Source of the DNA: a virus
Strand: one strand, 5' to 3'
DNA: 64,000 nucleotides
Virus record (IMG/VR): IMGVR_UViG_3300047160_006395
Coordinates: 1 to 64,000 of that record
The translations under genes and the position numbers were made by a program. Under the pieces are notes generated by a model, which searched no databases, was not told the origin of the DNA, and worked only from the letters and a program-made list of their open reading frames with translations. Shown here one piece after another: positions 28,202-36,795 of this stretch (position 1 is the first letter of the stretch; each line of letters starts with the position of its first letter).

Positions 28202-29851
28202 CTATTTCGGTGGCAAGTCGATCAGTGGGGCCCCCTTGAAAGTTTCTGTGTAGAGCGGATGCTCCTTGACCGATGTCCTGTCATCGCCATTCTCTGCCTC
28301 ACTACGGATGTGCGATAGGTGAAACGCTGTACCGATCATAGGCTGCTCGCCGTCTACAGCTATCGAGACACGGGCAACATGAGCATAGAACGGAGCACTG
28401 AGTGGATCACCTGGAATGAACCGTTCACCTGCGCCATCGACTTTGACGGTTGACCCAGGAGCAATATCCAGCCGGAACGGACCAGAACAAACTGCCTGCC
28501 GGGTCTTGAGCTTTTCTATCGCATAGAGGCACTGCGCGTACTTGTCGAGAAACGGCTTGATGACTTCCGTCAGTTGCTTGGTCGTCTTGTCTTTTATGTC
28601 GAGCGGTGTACCGGTGCCACCGGGTTGAGAAGCATTACCGATGGCTGTACCGCTAGCTCCTGTGGAGTCAAAACCATAAAGGGAAGGTGCGAAGAGCGCA
28701 GTCATCCAGTCCGGAACCTTATGCATCATGATGATGCCTTTGGCGTTGGGCGGCGTGTAATAGCCGCCAACACGCAACTCTGGTGGTGAACCTTCAGCCG
28801 GCAGCTCGAACCCGGCCATGGATCTAGCGTCGGCCATCATGCCGACACCACGTATCGGCCGGCCGAGTGCGCGCATCCACTCGATCTGGGTGCTTTCATC
28901 GGCTTTGATCGTGATGTAAGGCTCCCGATAGCCAGGCGTGAAAGGCGCTATGATGGCATCTTCAACCCGCGGCACCAGCCAGAAGAGATATTGCTCAGAA
29001 AACGTGCTAATCAGGACGTCCCAGAGAGTTTGCTTGGCCAGTATTCCGGGTGTGCCGATAGCCGCACTGGAAAAGTCCCTGATGTTAGCTGCAACATCTG
29101 TGTTTATGGACATCCGAATGGCCAGCGGCTGCTGATACTTACTGTTGAACCGGTTGAGTGCCGCTATCGCACCGTCGTTTTTACCAAGCTGTTCACCTTC
29201 AAGCGCCTTGTAAGGTTCCTCAAAGCTCATGAATCCATCGGTCTGGCAGATCTCCAGGAAGAACGGCTTGAGACAGGAGCCCCAGTAGTCAACACCGAGA
29301 TTGTCGACCGTAAAGTGCCTGTGCCCGATGGTAGTCGTGGAATAGCACCCAGTCGTATCGCCAAACGAATTCAACGCCCCGAATGCCCATTCGCCAGGGT
29401 TACTCGGGTGGGTCGTCTTGGAAAATATCGAGCTGAAGCCCATCTCCGATAGCCAGTGCTCCATCTGTATGGTGAACTGGGCATTGCCACGTGAACGAGT
29501 AAAGCCAGCCGCTGTAACGAAGCCATCGAATATCAGGACCTCCTGGTTAGGGATACCCAGATCACCCGCCTGCATGAACGAATTTATGTCCGGACGGCCT
29601 CCCAGTGCCCAGGGAGTAAGGTAGATCCGAGCCCGTACCCGTTCGACAAAGTTCTGAGCCAGATCATGGACCGGTGATGGCACATTGGTGAAGTCACGGC
29701 CCACAGCAAGAGTTGCTGATGCCTGGGGGATCGCATTCAGCTCGAAGTCGATGTTGCAACGAATGCAAGGCACTTCCTGGGCCTGATCATCCTCACCGAT
29801 CATAAGCCGAATTCGCGGATCATAGCGCGCCCAAGGTGCAGTCGATGGCAT
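28202..29851 (-). CDS. Putative baseplate hub (gp27/gpD-like)
   Basis: FELNAIPQASATL, LIFDGFV, GPFRLDIAPGSTVKV motifs; synteny after TMP. Confidence 0.65.
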   Translation of the reverse strand: MPSTAPWARYDPRIRLMIGEDDQAQEVPCIRCNIDFELNAIPQASATLAVGRDFTNVPSPVHDLAQNFVERVRARIYLTPWALGGRPDINSFMQAGDLGIPNQEVLIFDGFVTAAGFTRSRGNAQFTIQMEHWLSEMGFSSIFSKTTHPSNPGEWAFGALNSFGDTTGCYSTTTIGHRHFTVDNLGVDYWGSCLKPFFLEICQTDGFMSFEEPYKALEGEQLGKNDGAIAALNRFNSKYQQPLAIRMSINTDVAANIRDFSSAAIGTPGILAKQTLWDVLISTFSEQYLFWLVPRVEDAIIAPFTPGYREPYITIKADESTQIEWMRALGRPIRGVGMMADARSMAGFELPAEGSPPELRVGGYYTPPNAKGIIMMHKVPDWMTALFAPSLYGFDSTGASGTAIGNASQPGGTGTPLDIKDKTTKQLTEVIKPFLDKYAQCLYAIEKLKTRQAVCSGPFRLDIAPGSTVKVDGAGERFIPGDPLSAPFYAHVARVSIAVDGEQPMIGTAFHLSHIRSEAENGDDRTSVKEHPLYTETFKGAPLIDLPPK

Positions 29852-30645
29852 TAGCCGGTCCTCAAACGAGCTTCATCGGTTCGAGCCGCTACTGCCAGCA
29901 GCACAGCGCCCAGACGATAAGGCAACGGCTGGTTAGACTCCCAGAGATTCCGCCAGGTACGATACGGTTCATCTGCGGCCGTACCGAAAAGGAAAGGCAG
30001 AACATTCGCACCCGCTGTTCCAAGGTCAGCCGCGATCTGCCCTGGATCACGTGCGGGTAATGCCAGGCAGTTGACGGTCCACATGGTCCCATCGACGATG
30101 CCATCAACAGGAAAGCTGCCCAGAAGCGGCGAACCATCCAACGGGAACTCATTCGATAGGCCATTAACGTAAGTGATATTATGCTCAACGTAACCGAAAG
30201 TAGGGCTCAATCGGTTCACAGTCGCTACTGGTGACGGGCGCCCGGCGACCAGGACTTTGACTTGCCAGGCAAACGTCATCCTGCCATCGTTGGTAGCCAC
30301 TGGTAGACTGCCAGTAAGGTACAACGGCTGAATACCTACTACCGGTACGACAGACGGTGATGGATTGAAGTCCGCCATGTCCCGACTACCCGGCGTATAA
30401 GTGATCCGCGGATCATCCGCGATAACAAACTCGACCAGTTCAGTCGAGTGTAGCATCGCCATATACTGGCGAAGCCTGTAGTCGAGCAGCGTCATATCCG
30501 GCCGGGAACCGAACAAGAAAGTGCGAGCGCGCTGGACGGCACCTGGAACCGCCACCGTGGTGAATAACGGCGGTACGTACTCACCCATCGGCGTCTCGAA
30601 CGACGCTGGCATATTCAGCAGGAGGGTGCGTACATGGTTCACCAA
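29851..30645 (-). CDS. Hypothetical virion protein (264 aa)
   Basis: AGGAGAG RBS, TTG start, TAATG coupling. Confidence 0.6.
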   Translation of the reverse strand: MVNHVRTLLLNMPASFETPMGEYVPPLFTTVAVPGAVQRARTFLFGSRPDMTLLDYRLRQYMAMLHSTELVEFVIADDPRITYTPGSRDMADFNPSPSVVPVVGIQPLYLTGSLPVATNDGRMTFAWQVKVLVAGRPSPVATVNRLSPTFGYVEHNITYVNGLSNEFPLDGSPLLGSFPVDGIVDGTMWTVNCLALPARDPGQIAADLGTAGANVLPFLFGTAADEPYRTWRNLWESNQPLPYRLGAVLLAVAARTDEARLRTG

Positions 30646-30663
30646 CTGCCGCTCTCCTATCGG

Positions 30664-31143
30664 TCATGGACCTGGGTTGATGGCGGGCAGAGCGTGGAAC
30701 TGCCAACCAAACTGAGCTAGCTGCGACTCAGGCCGGGTAACATCGAAATTCAGCTCGGTAAGGAACCCACGAAACCGGCCGCTCGTATCAGTGCCGATGG
30801 TGAGTGAGATCGGGGTTGCCCGATTATCCAGGCAATTAGCTTCGTAATAACCTATCACCTGCTTCAGACCCAAAGTGCCACCGCACAGCTGCGCAAAAGC
30901 GATACCATTCAGGCGAATTTGACCGATTCGCGGGCCGAAGCTGTAGACATAGATCAGATCCTTGAGGGTGTGCAGGAACTGGTAATTACCATGCAGCTGA
31001 ATAGCCAGCTCGGTGACGATGACGCCGAATTGCGAGCCGTCGATAGCAAAGCCGTCAACAGCTACGCGGAACGGATTGGGGGTACCTTCGTCCGTCTTGA
31101 GCGCGACCACAACGCCAGGTTGATTGTTGAATATATCTGGCAT
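30664..31143 (-). CDS. Putative tail tube initiator (tube-fold protein)
   Basis: YVYSFGPRIGQIRLNG resembles the tube motif YTYFVGGRVQGNMTI; directly after TMP. Confidence 0.55.
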   Translation of the reverse strand: MPDIFNNQPGVVVALKTDEGTPNPFRVAVDGFAIDGSQFGVIVTELAIQLHGNYQFLHTLKDLIYVYSFGPRIGQIRLNGIAFAQLCGGTLGLKQVIGYYEANCLDNRATPISLTIGTDTSGRFRGFLTELNFDVTRPESQLAQFGWQFHALPAINPGP

Positions 31144-31150
31144 GTGCCTA

Positions 31151-34100
31151 CTACCCTGCGACAGGTGTCGATCCTGCGCCTACTTGTCCTTGAACATTGG
31201 TGAAGTTGATGTTGCCGCCTTCGATTCTCACGGTGCCCATCAACTTCATTTTGTCGCCACCCTTCGCTTCTTCTTTCCGCTTGGCTTCCTCTTCTCTCAG
31301 CCGCGTTATGGCACCGGTAACATTCTGGACTGATTCGCCTTCACCCAGCTCACGAGCTTCCCCGAACAGCCTTCGAGCCCTGGTTGCGTCAGTACGCGTG
31401 AGCTTGCCTTGCCTGACAAGCTGTTCGATCCCGCCTTCTTGCCGCTGAGCTTCTTCAAGCTGCTCCATGCTGATCCCGCGCCCCTCGGCCATCTTCACCA
31501 GCTCTTTCCGGGCGTCGAACATCTTGGTCAGACCGAAGCGCAGCTTCTTGCCTTCTGCGCCTTCGCCCAGCAGTTTCACCGCCTCGGCCTGCGCGGCATC
31601 ATCTTTTGCGCCTGCTCCCATGGTGCCTGTAATGGACCTGATGAGAGCTTCGTCTTTTTCTTTGTCAGTCATCCGTTCCCTGGCCGCGTAGGTATCGAGC
31701 CGTTCTCTTTCTTCTTTACCCATGGCCCGACGTTGATCGGGTGGTAAGCCCATCTGCCGGCCTATCTCGGCTTCAGCCTGTCCGACCTCGGTGTAAAGGT
31801 TCCGGATACGCTCCGCGGCTTCTTGCTGTGGCCTGGTGAACTTACGCTCGTCGCCGGTACGCGCTACGACATCAGTCACGTTCAGGCCGGCTTCGCCGGC
31901 GATCCTTTCCATTTCCTGTGACTTCTCCCTGGCACTGATGGCCAGATCACCGCCGCCCGCGCTGAGTGCTGCCAGCGACTTGGGATCATTAAGCAGCAGA
32001 TCGGTCCAGCGTCGACCACGCGTGACCGCAGCTTCCGCGTGCCGACGACGATCGGTAAGCGCCCTGGTCCGCGCTTCTCCTTCAGCTTGGGGAACATCCC
32101 TGGCCAGATCCTGCTCCAGAAGCGCACGCTGCGCTCCTACGTCGGCAAACTGTTTCTCCCCAACCTGGGCTCCAATCTCCATGCCGGCATCGGCCGAAAG
32201 ACCGACAATGCCCTGCCGTGTTACGTTCAGCTGCTGTAGCTGCTCGCGGGCAGCCTCCGATACCCCAACATCCGTTGCACCTTCCCTGGCTCTGGCCAGA
32301 TCTTTGCGCTGCAACCTTCCGGCCGCTATCTCCGACTCCAGGATCTCATTCTGGCGTCTCGTTACGTCCTCATCGCGAACCGCGCCGCCAGCGACAGCAA
32401 GAGCCGTAATACGCCTGCGGGTACCTTCAGTCATACCGGCTGTGCGCGGATCAGCCTGATTCTGAGCTGCCCGTACAGCTTGCTGTACAGCTTCATTGCT
32501 TGCGCCAGCCTCGATGAGCCCGGCTTGGGTCAGCTCTCGTCTTAGCTCAGTATCGGCCCCGCCCTGACCCTTCAGTGCCGTGATCACTCTTGCGGCTTGC
32601 TGTCCCGATTCTGCCTTCTGCGCATCCGTTGCATTGGGATCGGCTTGAACCTGCCTGTATTGCTGTACCGTTTTCATCATTTCATCTGTGAGCACAGCCA
32701 GGCGTTCTTTGGTCCCAAGCCCGCCTTGCGCTTCGACAGCCGTCACGTCGATGTTCGCCAGCCGTCTGCGAACTTCCTCTGGATCTACGCCGCCCATGAC
32801 CTTCTTGATTGCCGTGCCAAGATCGGGTGACGGTTTCTGTATTTCATCCATCAGCCTTGGCAGCCAACCGGCTGTACCCATACCACCCAGAGCCGTACCC
32901 ATTGCTACTTCGGCTGCGTTCTCCTGCGCCAAGACTCTGTTGCGTTCCGCAACCCGCTGGTTACCCTGGTCAAGCATCCGCTCCAAAGTGCCAAAACCGC
33001 GCGTGCGTGGATCCCTGGCAACGCGTTGTTGTGCCCGGCTCCACCCCATCTCAGCCATCTGGGTAAGCTGTGCTTGGGGGTACCATGCGTCGAACTGAGT
33101 CTGCGCGGCCTCAGCAGTCATACCTTCTGATTGAAGTCGCTCAACGATGGCTGAACGAGCAGCATCAGCCAGGAACTGGTTACGTGCCCTGGCATCATTC
33201 CGGGTCGCTACCGACATATCCTGAGCAGCCCGTGCCATTGCTCGAGATGCAGTCCGGGTGATCTCAGTGACACGGTTCGGATCGCGAATACCCGTAGCGT
33301 CGATTGCGCCTCGGGTAGCCTCCTGGAAAGGATCAGCGATGAACTCACGGGTTTCTTCACGTTGGGCGCGCTGTGCGATGTTACCGAGATTCATCCTCTC
33401 GATGATCTGTTGTTGACCGACTGGAGACCGCAGCATCCCCATGAACAGATTCATGGACTGAGCATTGAAGCCGGGCTGCTGCTGCATGATCTGTATCGCC
33501 CGCGCCTCTCGCATCCTCAACGACTCTTGCTGGCCGTTCTCATTGGCGAACGAATCCTGCCCTGTCCTGACTGACTTGGCGATCTCACCCAGCGTTCCAC
33601 TAACCCGCCTACCAGCCGCTTCCTCGTTCTCGACCCATCGCATCATGGCGCCCAGCTGGTTGGCCATCGGCGAGGCCGCCGCGTTGACCCTGAGCCGCTC
33701 GTTCATGAGCAGCATCTCCTGTAGGCTGCCACGGCCCCAGCCGCCACGATCAGCTTCACCGACCTGGGCGTAAGCAGCACCAAACATGGTAGCGCCCTGG
33801 GCCGCTTGCATCCCAAGACGGGGATCAAGACCGGCTTGCCTGGCCAGCTCAGCGCCCTGAGCCGTTATACCCTGGAGCGCCTGCATGCCCAGGCCGCTGG
33901 TGCGGGCCAGAACCTGAGTGGTACGAACGGTACGCTCCAGCTCTGCGGGATTCATCGTCGCCAGGCCACCTTGCGTCAGCTTGTCGAGGCCATTGATCAA
34001 CTCGGACATTGGAGCGTTGGGCCTGCCCAGATCGCCGAAGATCTCCCGCATCGCTGCCACGGCGCCAGACATATCCTTCAGGCGAGTGGCGATCCGGGTC

Positions 34101-35059
34101 GCATCGAAATTCCGCAACATCCCTTGGAACTGAGTAGGATCGTCCCGCTGGATACTCTCGACTGCGGATGTGGCGAGCCCTTGGACCTCGGCAACACGGC
34201 GGATCTGTGCATCGCCAGTAAGTCGTTCGGCACCGGCAGCCCTACCGACAAGCTGCCGGAACCGCTCCGGATCTTGCTCCCTGATCTGCCGTATCACATC
34301 CTGGCGACTGGTCTCCGAACGTGTCAGCTCCGAAAGCTGCTCGTTACGGGTCATGGCCCCGATTGACATGCCCATCAGGCCACGGGTCTGGAGTTCGTCA
34401 TACAGCATGCCTGCCCGGCCGGCGGATAGCCCACGCCAGTCAGCCAGGTTGGAACCAGGACCAAAGAACCGCCGGTGCATTTCGCCAGCCAGGGCGCCGG
34501 CTGATTCACCTGTCAGACCTGTCCGACCGGTCGCCGGATCTACCCCGGTAATTCCGCCGCGATGAAGAAACGAGGCCATGACCGCCGCTGAACCACGCGT
34601 ACCGTGCGCAAGATCAAAATGCTCAGGAAAGGCCATGGCCATGGCCGGCGCCATGTACGCCAGGTCCTGAGCCATGATGTTGGCGTCGCGCTGCTGCTGA
34701 AGGCCCCATGGCGTACCTTGCACCTGAGCGATGCCGCGGAGCATCTGAACGTAAGTCTCGCGGTCAGCCGCGCTGGCGGTCGTCATGGCCGTCTGGCGAG
34801 CTTCCCAGTACTTCTTACCCCGCCACTGATCGTAGAGCCCTTGCTGTGGCGAGAACTGGGCCGGCATGATGCCGCCGCCCCCGAACAAGGTATTGATCAC
34901 CGGTTGAAGGACGAGGGGAAGAATGTGAGCAAGCGGCCCACCAAAACCTGCTTCGGCGAAGTTGAAGTCGAGACGCTGCATGGGCTCCTGGGCACCGCCG
35001 AAGAGCCCACGATTCATGGACAGTTCCTGGAGCAGTGCTTCATTGCCGGTCGCCATCAA
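31151..35059 (-). CDS. Tape measure protein (1302 aa)
   Basis: Long Ala/Gly/Arg/Glu/Gln-rich helical protein following the chaperone pair. Confidence 0.75.
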   Translation of the reverse strand: MMATGNEALLQELSMNRGLFGGAQEPMQRLDFNFAEAGFGGPLAHILPLVLQPVINTLFGGGGIMPAQFSPQQGLYDQWRGKKYWEARQTAMTTASAADRETYVQMLRGIAQVQGTPWGLQQQRDANIMAQDLAYMAPAMAMAFPEHFDLAHGTRGSAAVMASFLHRGGITGVDPATGRTGLTGESAGALAGEMHRRFFGPGSNLADWRGLSAGRAGMLYDELQTRGLMGMSIGAMTRNEQLSELTRSETSRQDVIRQIREQDPERFRQLVGRAAGAERLTGDAQIRRVAEVQGLATSAVESIQRDDPTQFQGMLRNFDATRIATRLKDMSGAVAAMREIFGDLGRPNAPMSELINGLDKLTQGGLATMNPAELERTVRTTQVLARTSGLGMQALQGITAQGAELARQAGLDPRLGMQAAQGATMFGAAYAQVGEADRGGWGRGSLQEMLLMNERLRVNAAASPMANQLGAMMRWVENEEAAGRRVSGTLGEIAKSVRTGQDSFANENGQQESLRMREARAIQIMQQQPGFNAQSMNLFMGMLRSPVGQQQIIERMNLGNIAQRAQREETREFIADPFQEATRGAIDATGIRDPNRVTEITRTASRAMARAAQDMSVATRNDARARNQFLADAARSAIVERLQSEGMTAEAAQTQFDAWYPQAQLTQMAEMGWSRAQQRVARDPRTRGFGTLERMLDQGNQRVAERNRVLAQENAAEVAMGTALGGMGTAGWLPRLMDEIQKPSPDLGTAIKKVMGGVDPEEVRRRLANIDVTAVEAQGGLGTKERLAVLTDEMMKTVQQYRQVQADPNATDAQKAESGQQAARVITALKGQGGADTELRRELTQAGLIEAGASNEAVQQAVRAAQNQADPRTAGMTEGTRRRITALAVAGGAVRDEDVTRRQNEILESEIAAGRLQRKDLARAREGATDVGVSEAAREQLQQLNVTRQGIVGLSADAGMEIGAQVGEKQFADVGAQRALLEQDLARDVPQAEGEARTRALTDRRRHAEAAVTRGRRWTDLLLNDPKSLAALSAGGGDLAISAREKSQEMERIAGEAGLNVTDVVARTGDERKFTRPQQEAAERIRNLYTEVGQAEAEIGRQMGLPPDQRRAMGKEERERLDTYAARERMTDKEKDEALIRSITGTMGAGAKDDAAQAEAVKLLGEGAEGKKLRFGLTKMFDARKELVKMAEGRGISMEQLEEAQRQEGGIEQLVRQGKLTRTDATRARRLFGEARELGEGESVQNVTGAITRLREEEAKRKEEAKGGDKMKLMGTVRIEGGNINFTNVQGQVGAGSTPVAG

Positions 35060-35484
35060 CGCCTCCCCATCCGTGGGGCCCTACTTCGCTTGGCGGTATT
35101 CCTGAGCCATGTAGCTACTTCATTTATCCGCCGTTGCGTGTCGGGGTCATCCAGTTTGCCAAACCACGACTCCCACTGTGTCCGCAGATGCTCAGCTTCT
35201 TTTACCCGCACCGCTGTACGATCTAGTTCGATCCACGGGAACAGGATCTTGCCAATGCTGCCGATCCGCGAATCCGAATCATCCCATAGTTTACCAAGCG
35301 ATTCCTGCGTCAGGCCGGTCGTGGTCAACACGGACACGATCCGGTCATGGTACAGCCGATGATATTCCTTGAGATTCTGTTGCTCCAGTTGGTTGACGAT
35401 CAGCCGCAGGTATCGCCACCACTTAGGATCGCGGGGATCGGCCCGGCCGAAGTCTATGACCCCGGCTGCGGCCGCCTGTCGCAT
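35056..35484 (-). CDS. Putative tail assembly chaperone, T-like part
   Basis: Helical 142 aa ORF directly before TMP, in the -1 frame of the upstream gene. Confidence 0.55.
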   Translation of the reverse strand: MRQAAAAGVIDFGRADPRDPKWWRYLRLIVNQLEQQNLKEYHRLYHDRIVSVLTTTGLTQESLGKLWDDSDSRIGSIGKILFPWIELDRTAVRVKEAEHLRTQWESWFGKLDDPDTQRRINEVATWLRNTAKRSRAPRMGRR

Positions 35485-36788
35485 CAGCGACGCGAGCCGA
35501 TCCCGTTCCAGAAAGACTCCGAATCCGCATTGGCATCGAGTTTCTCACACAACCGTTGGAACCGCATGAAACTTTGACCGACTGCGCGCCGGATGCCTTC
35601 GCTATGAAGAATGTTAGACAGTAGGTATCCGATCAGTGCTGGATAAGGAGTTGGGTTACCGTCATCAGATTCGATCTCGTCGAGATCGACACCTTCATGA
35701 ACACGGCCCACGTTCTGAATGTCGATATACTCGATGGCCTGGGCCATCCGGTAGTCCATCAGCCGCTGCCACCATTCCCCATCTCCAACGACCCGCCCCT
35801 TGCGGACATCATCGGCGATCTGCGTCAGCGCAGCGTCAGCCTCGTTGCCAGTCAACTCACGATAACCGACCTTGATCGTTCCACCCAGCAGTGATGCCTC
35901 GTGACTGAAGCGACTGCCTGGACCACCCAAGGCTGCTATCAGGTAGCCACGCTTATCATCATCGCTAGGTTCAGTCGGATCAGGTCGCTTCAGATCCCAG
36001 CTGCAATGCGGACAGTGAGTAATCCCGATTGCCCCTGTGTGCGAGAGTTCACCGATCGGTGGCGATGGCTGCGATTGTGACGGTGGTAGCAAGTTAGGCG
36101 ATATCGGCTCGAATGGTTGCTGTCGCCCTGCCGGCTTTGGCTTTGGCGGCGGTTCAGGCGGTGGCTTTGGTGGCTGCGGCGGTGAATCTGGCGGCACCGG
36201 ATGCGGCCAGCCTGTCGGCTTGGGTCTTGCTGTAGCTGTCGGGGCCGGACTCGGGTTTGGCCTGGCTGCTTGAACCGGACGATCGTCAACCACGTCGATG
36301 CCAGGGCCTGACTGGTTAGCACGCGCAGTATTGGTGGCTACCCGCACTGCTTCAGCGATACCAGGACTTAGCCCGGCAGCAGCCTCTTGTTGTTCGTTAA
36401 GCTGCTGCTGAATATGGCTAGCTTGCCTGAGCGCATCATGCATCGCCCGCTGCTTGTCAGCGGGAAGTTTGCTGATGTCAATTGGCGTAGGCATCTGTAG
36501 CGGCGGGGTATCGGCGGGTACAGGCAAAACACCTTCAGCAACAGCCTCTTGTTGAATAGCCGCAATCAGCTGAGCTGCATTACCTGGAACTGGAGTACCT
36601 TCCTCCCAGCCGATCGAGGCCAGTTGTTCTCGTTCCCACTTGGTCATTCGCCGAGGATCGAGCACCTTGCCTGGCTGAAATAGCTGAGACCCCAGCATAG
36701 GCTGTAGCTCTTCGGCAGGTGCCGATACCGCCGCCGGTGCCGGCGTTATAGGTTGCCTACGCAGATCGAGCTTCTTTCTCTCAGGCAT
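35484..36788 (-). CDS. Putative tail assembly chaperone, G-like, with Pro-rich linker and CxxC
   Basis: GAGGA RBS before ATG 36788 (track start 37046 overlaps the spike gene); YRELTGNE motif; CPHC. Confidence 0.6.
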   Translation of the reverse strand: MPERKKLDLRRQPITPAPAAVSAPAEELQPMLGSQLFQPGKVLDPRRMTKWEREQLASIGWEEGTPVPGNAAQLIAAIQQEAVAEGVLPVPADTPPLQMPTPIDISKLPADKQRAMHDALRQASHIQQQLNEQQEAAAGLSPGIAEAVRVATNTARANQSGPGIDVVDDRPVQAARPNPSPAPTATARPKPTGWPHPVPPDSPPQPPKPPPEPPPKPKPAGRQQPFEPISPNLLPPSQSQPSPPIGELSHTGAIGITHCPHCSWDLKRPDPTEPSDDDKRGYLIAALGGPGSRFSHEASLLGGTIKVGYRELTGNEADAALTQIADDVRKGRVVGDGEWWQRLMDYRMAQAIEYIDIQNVGRVHEGVDLDEIESDDGNPTPYPALIGYLLSNILHSEGIRRAVGQSFMRFQRLCEKLDANADSESFWNGIGSRR

Positions 36789-36795
36789 GTGATCC

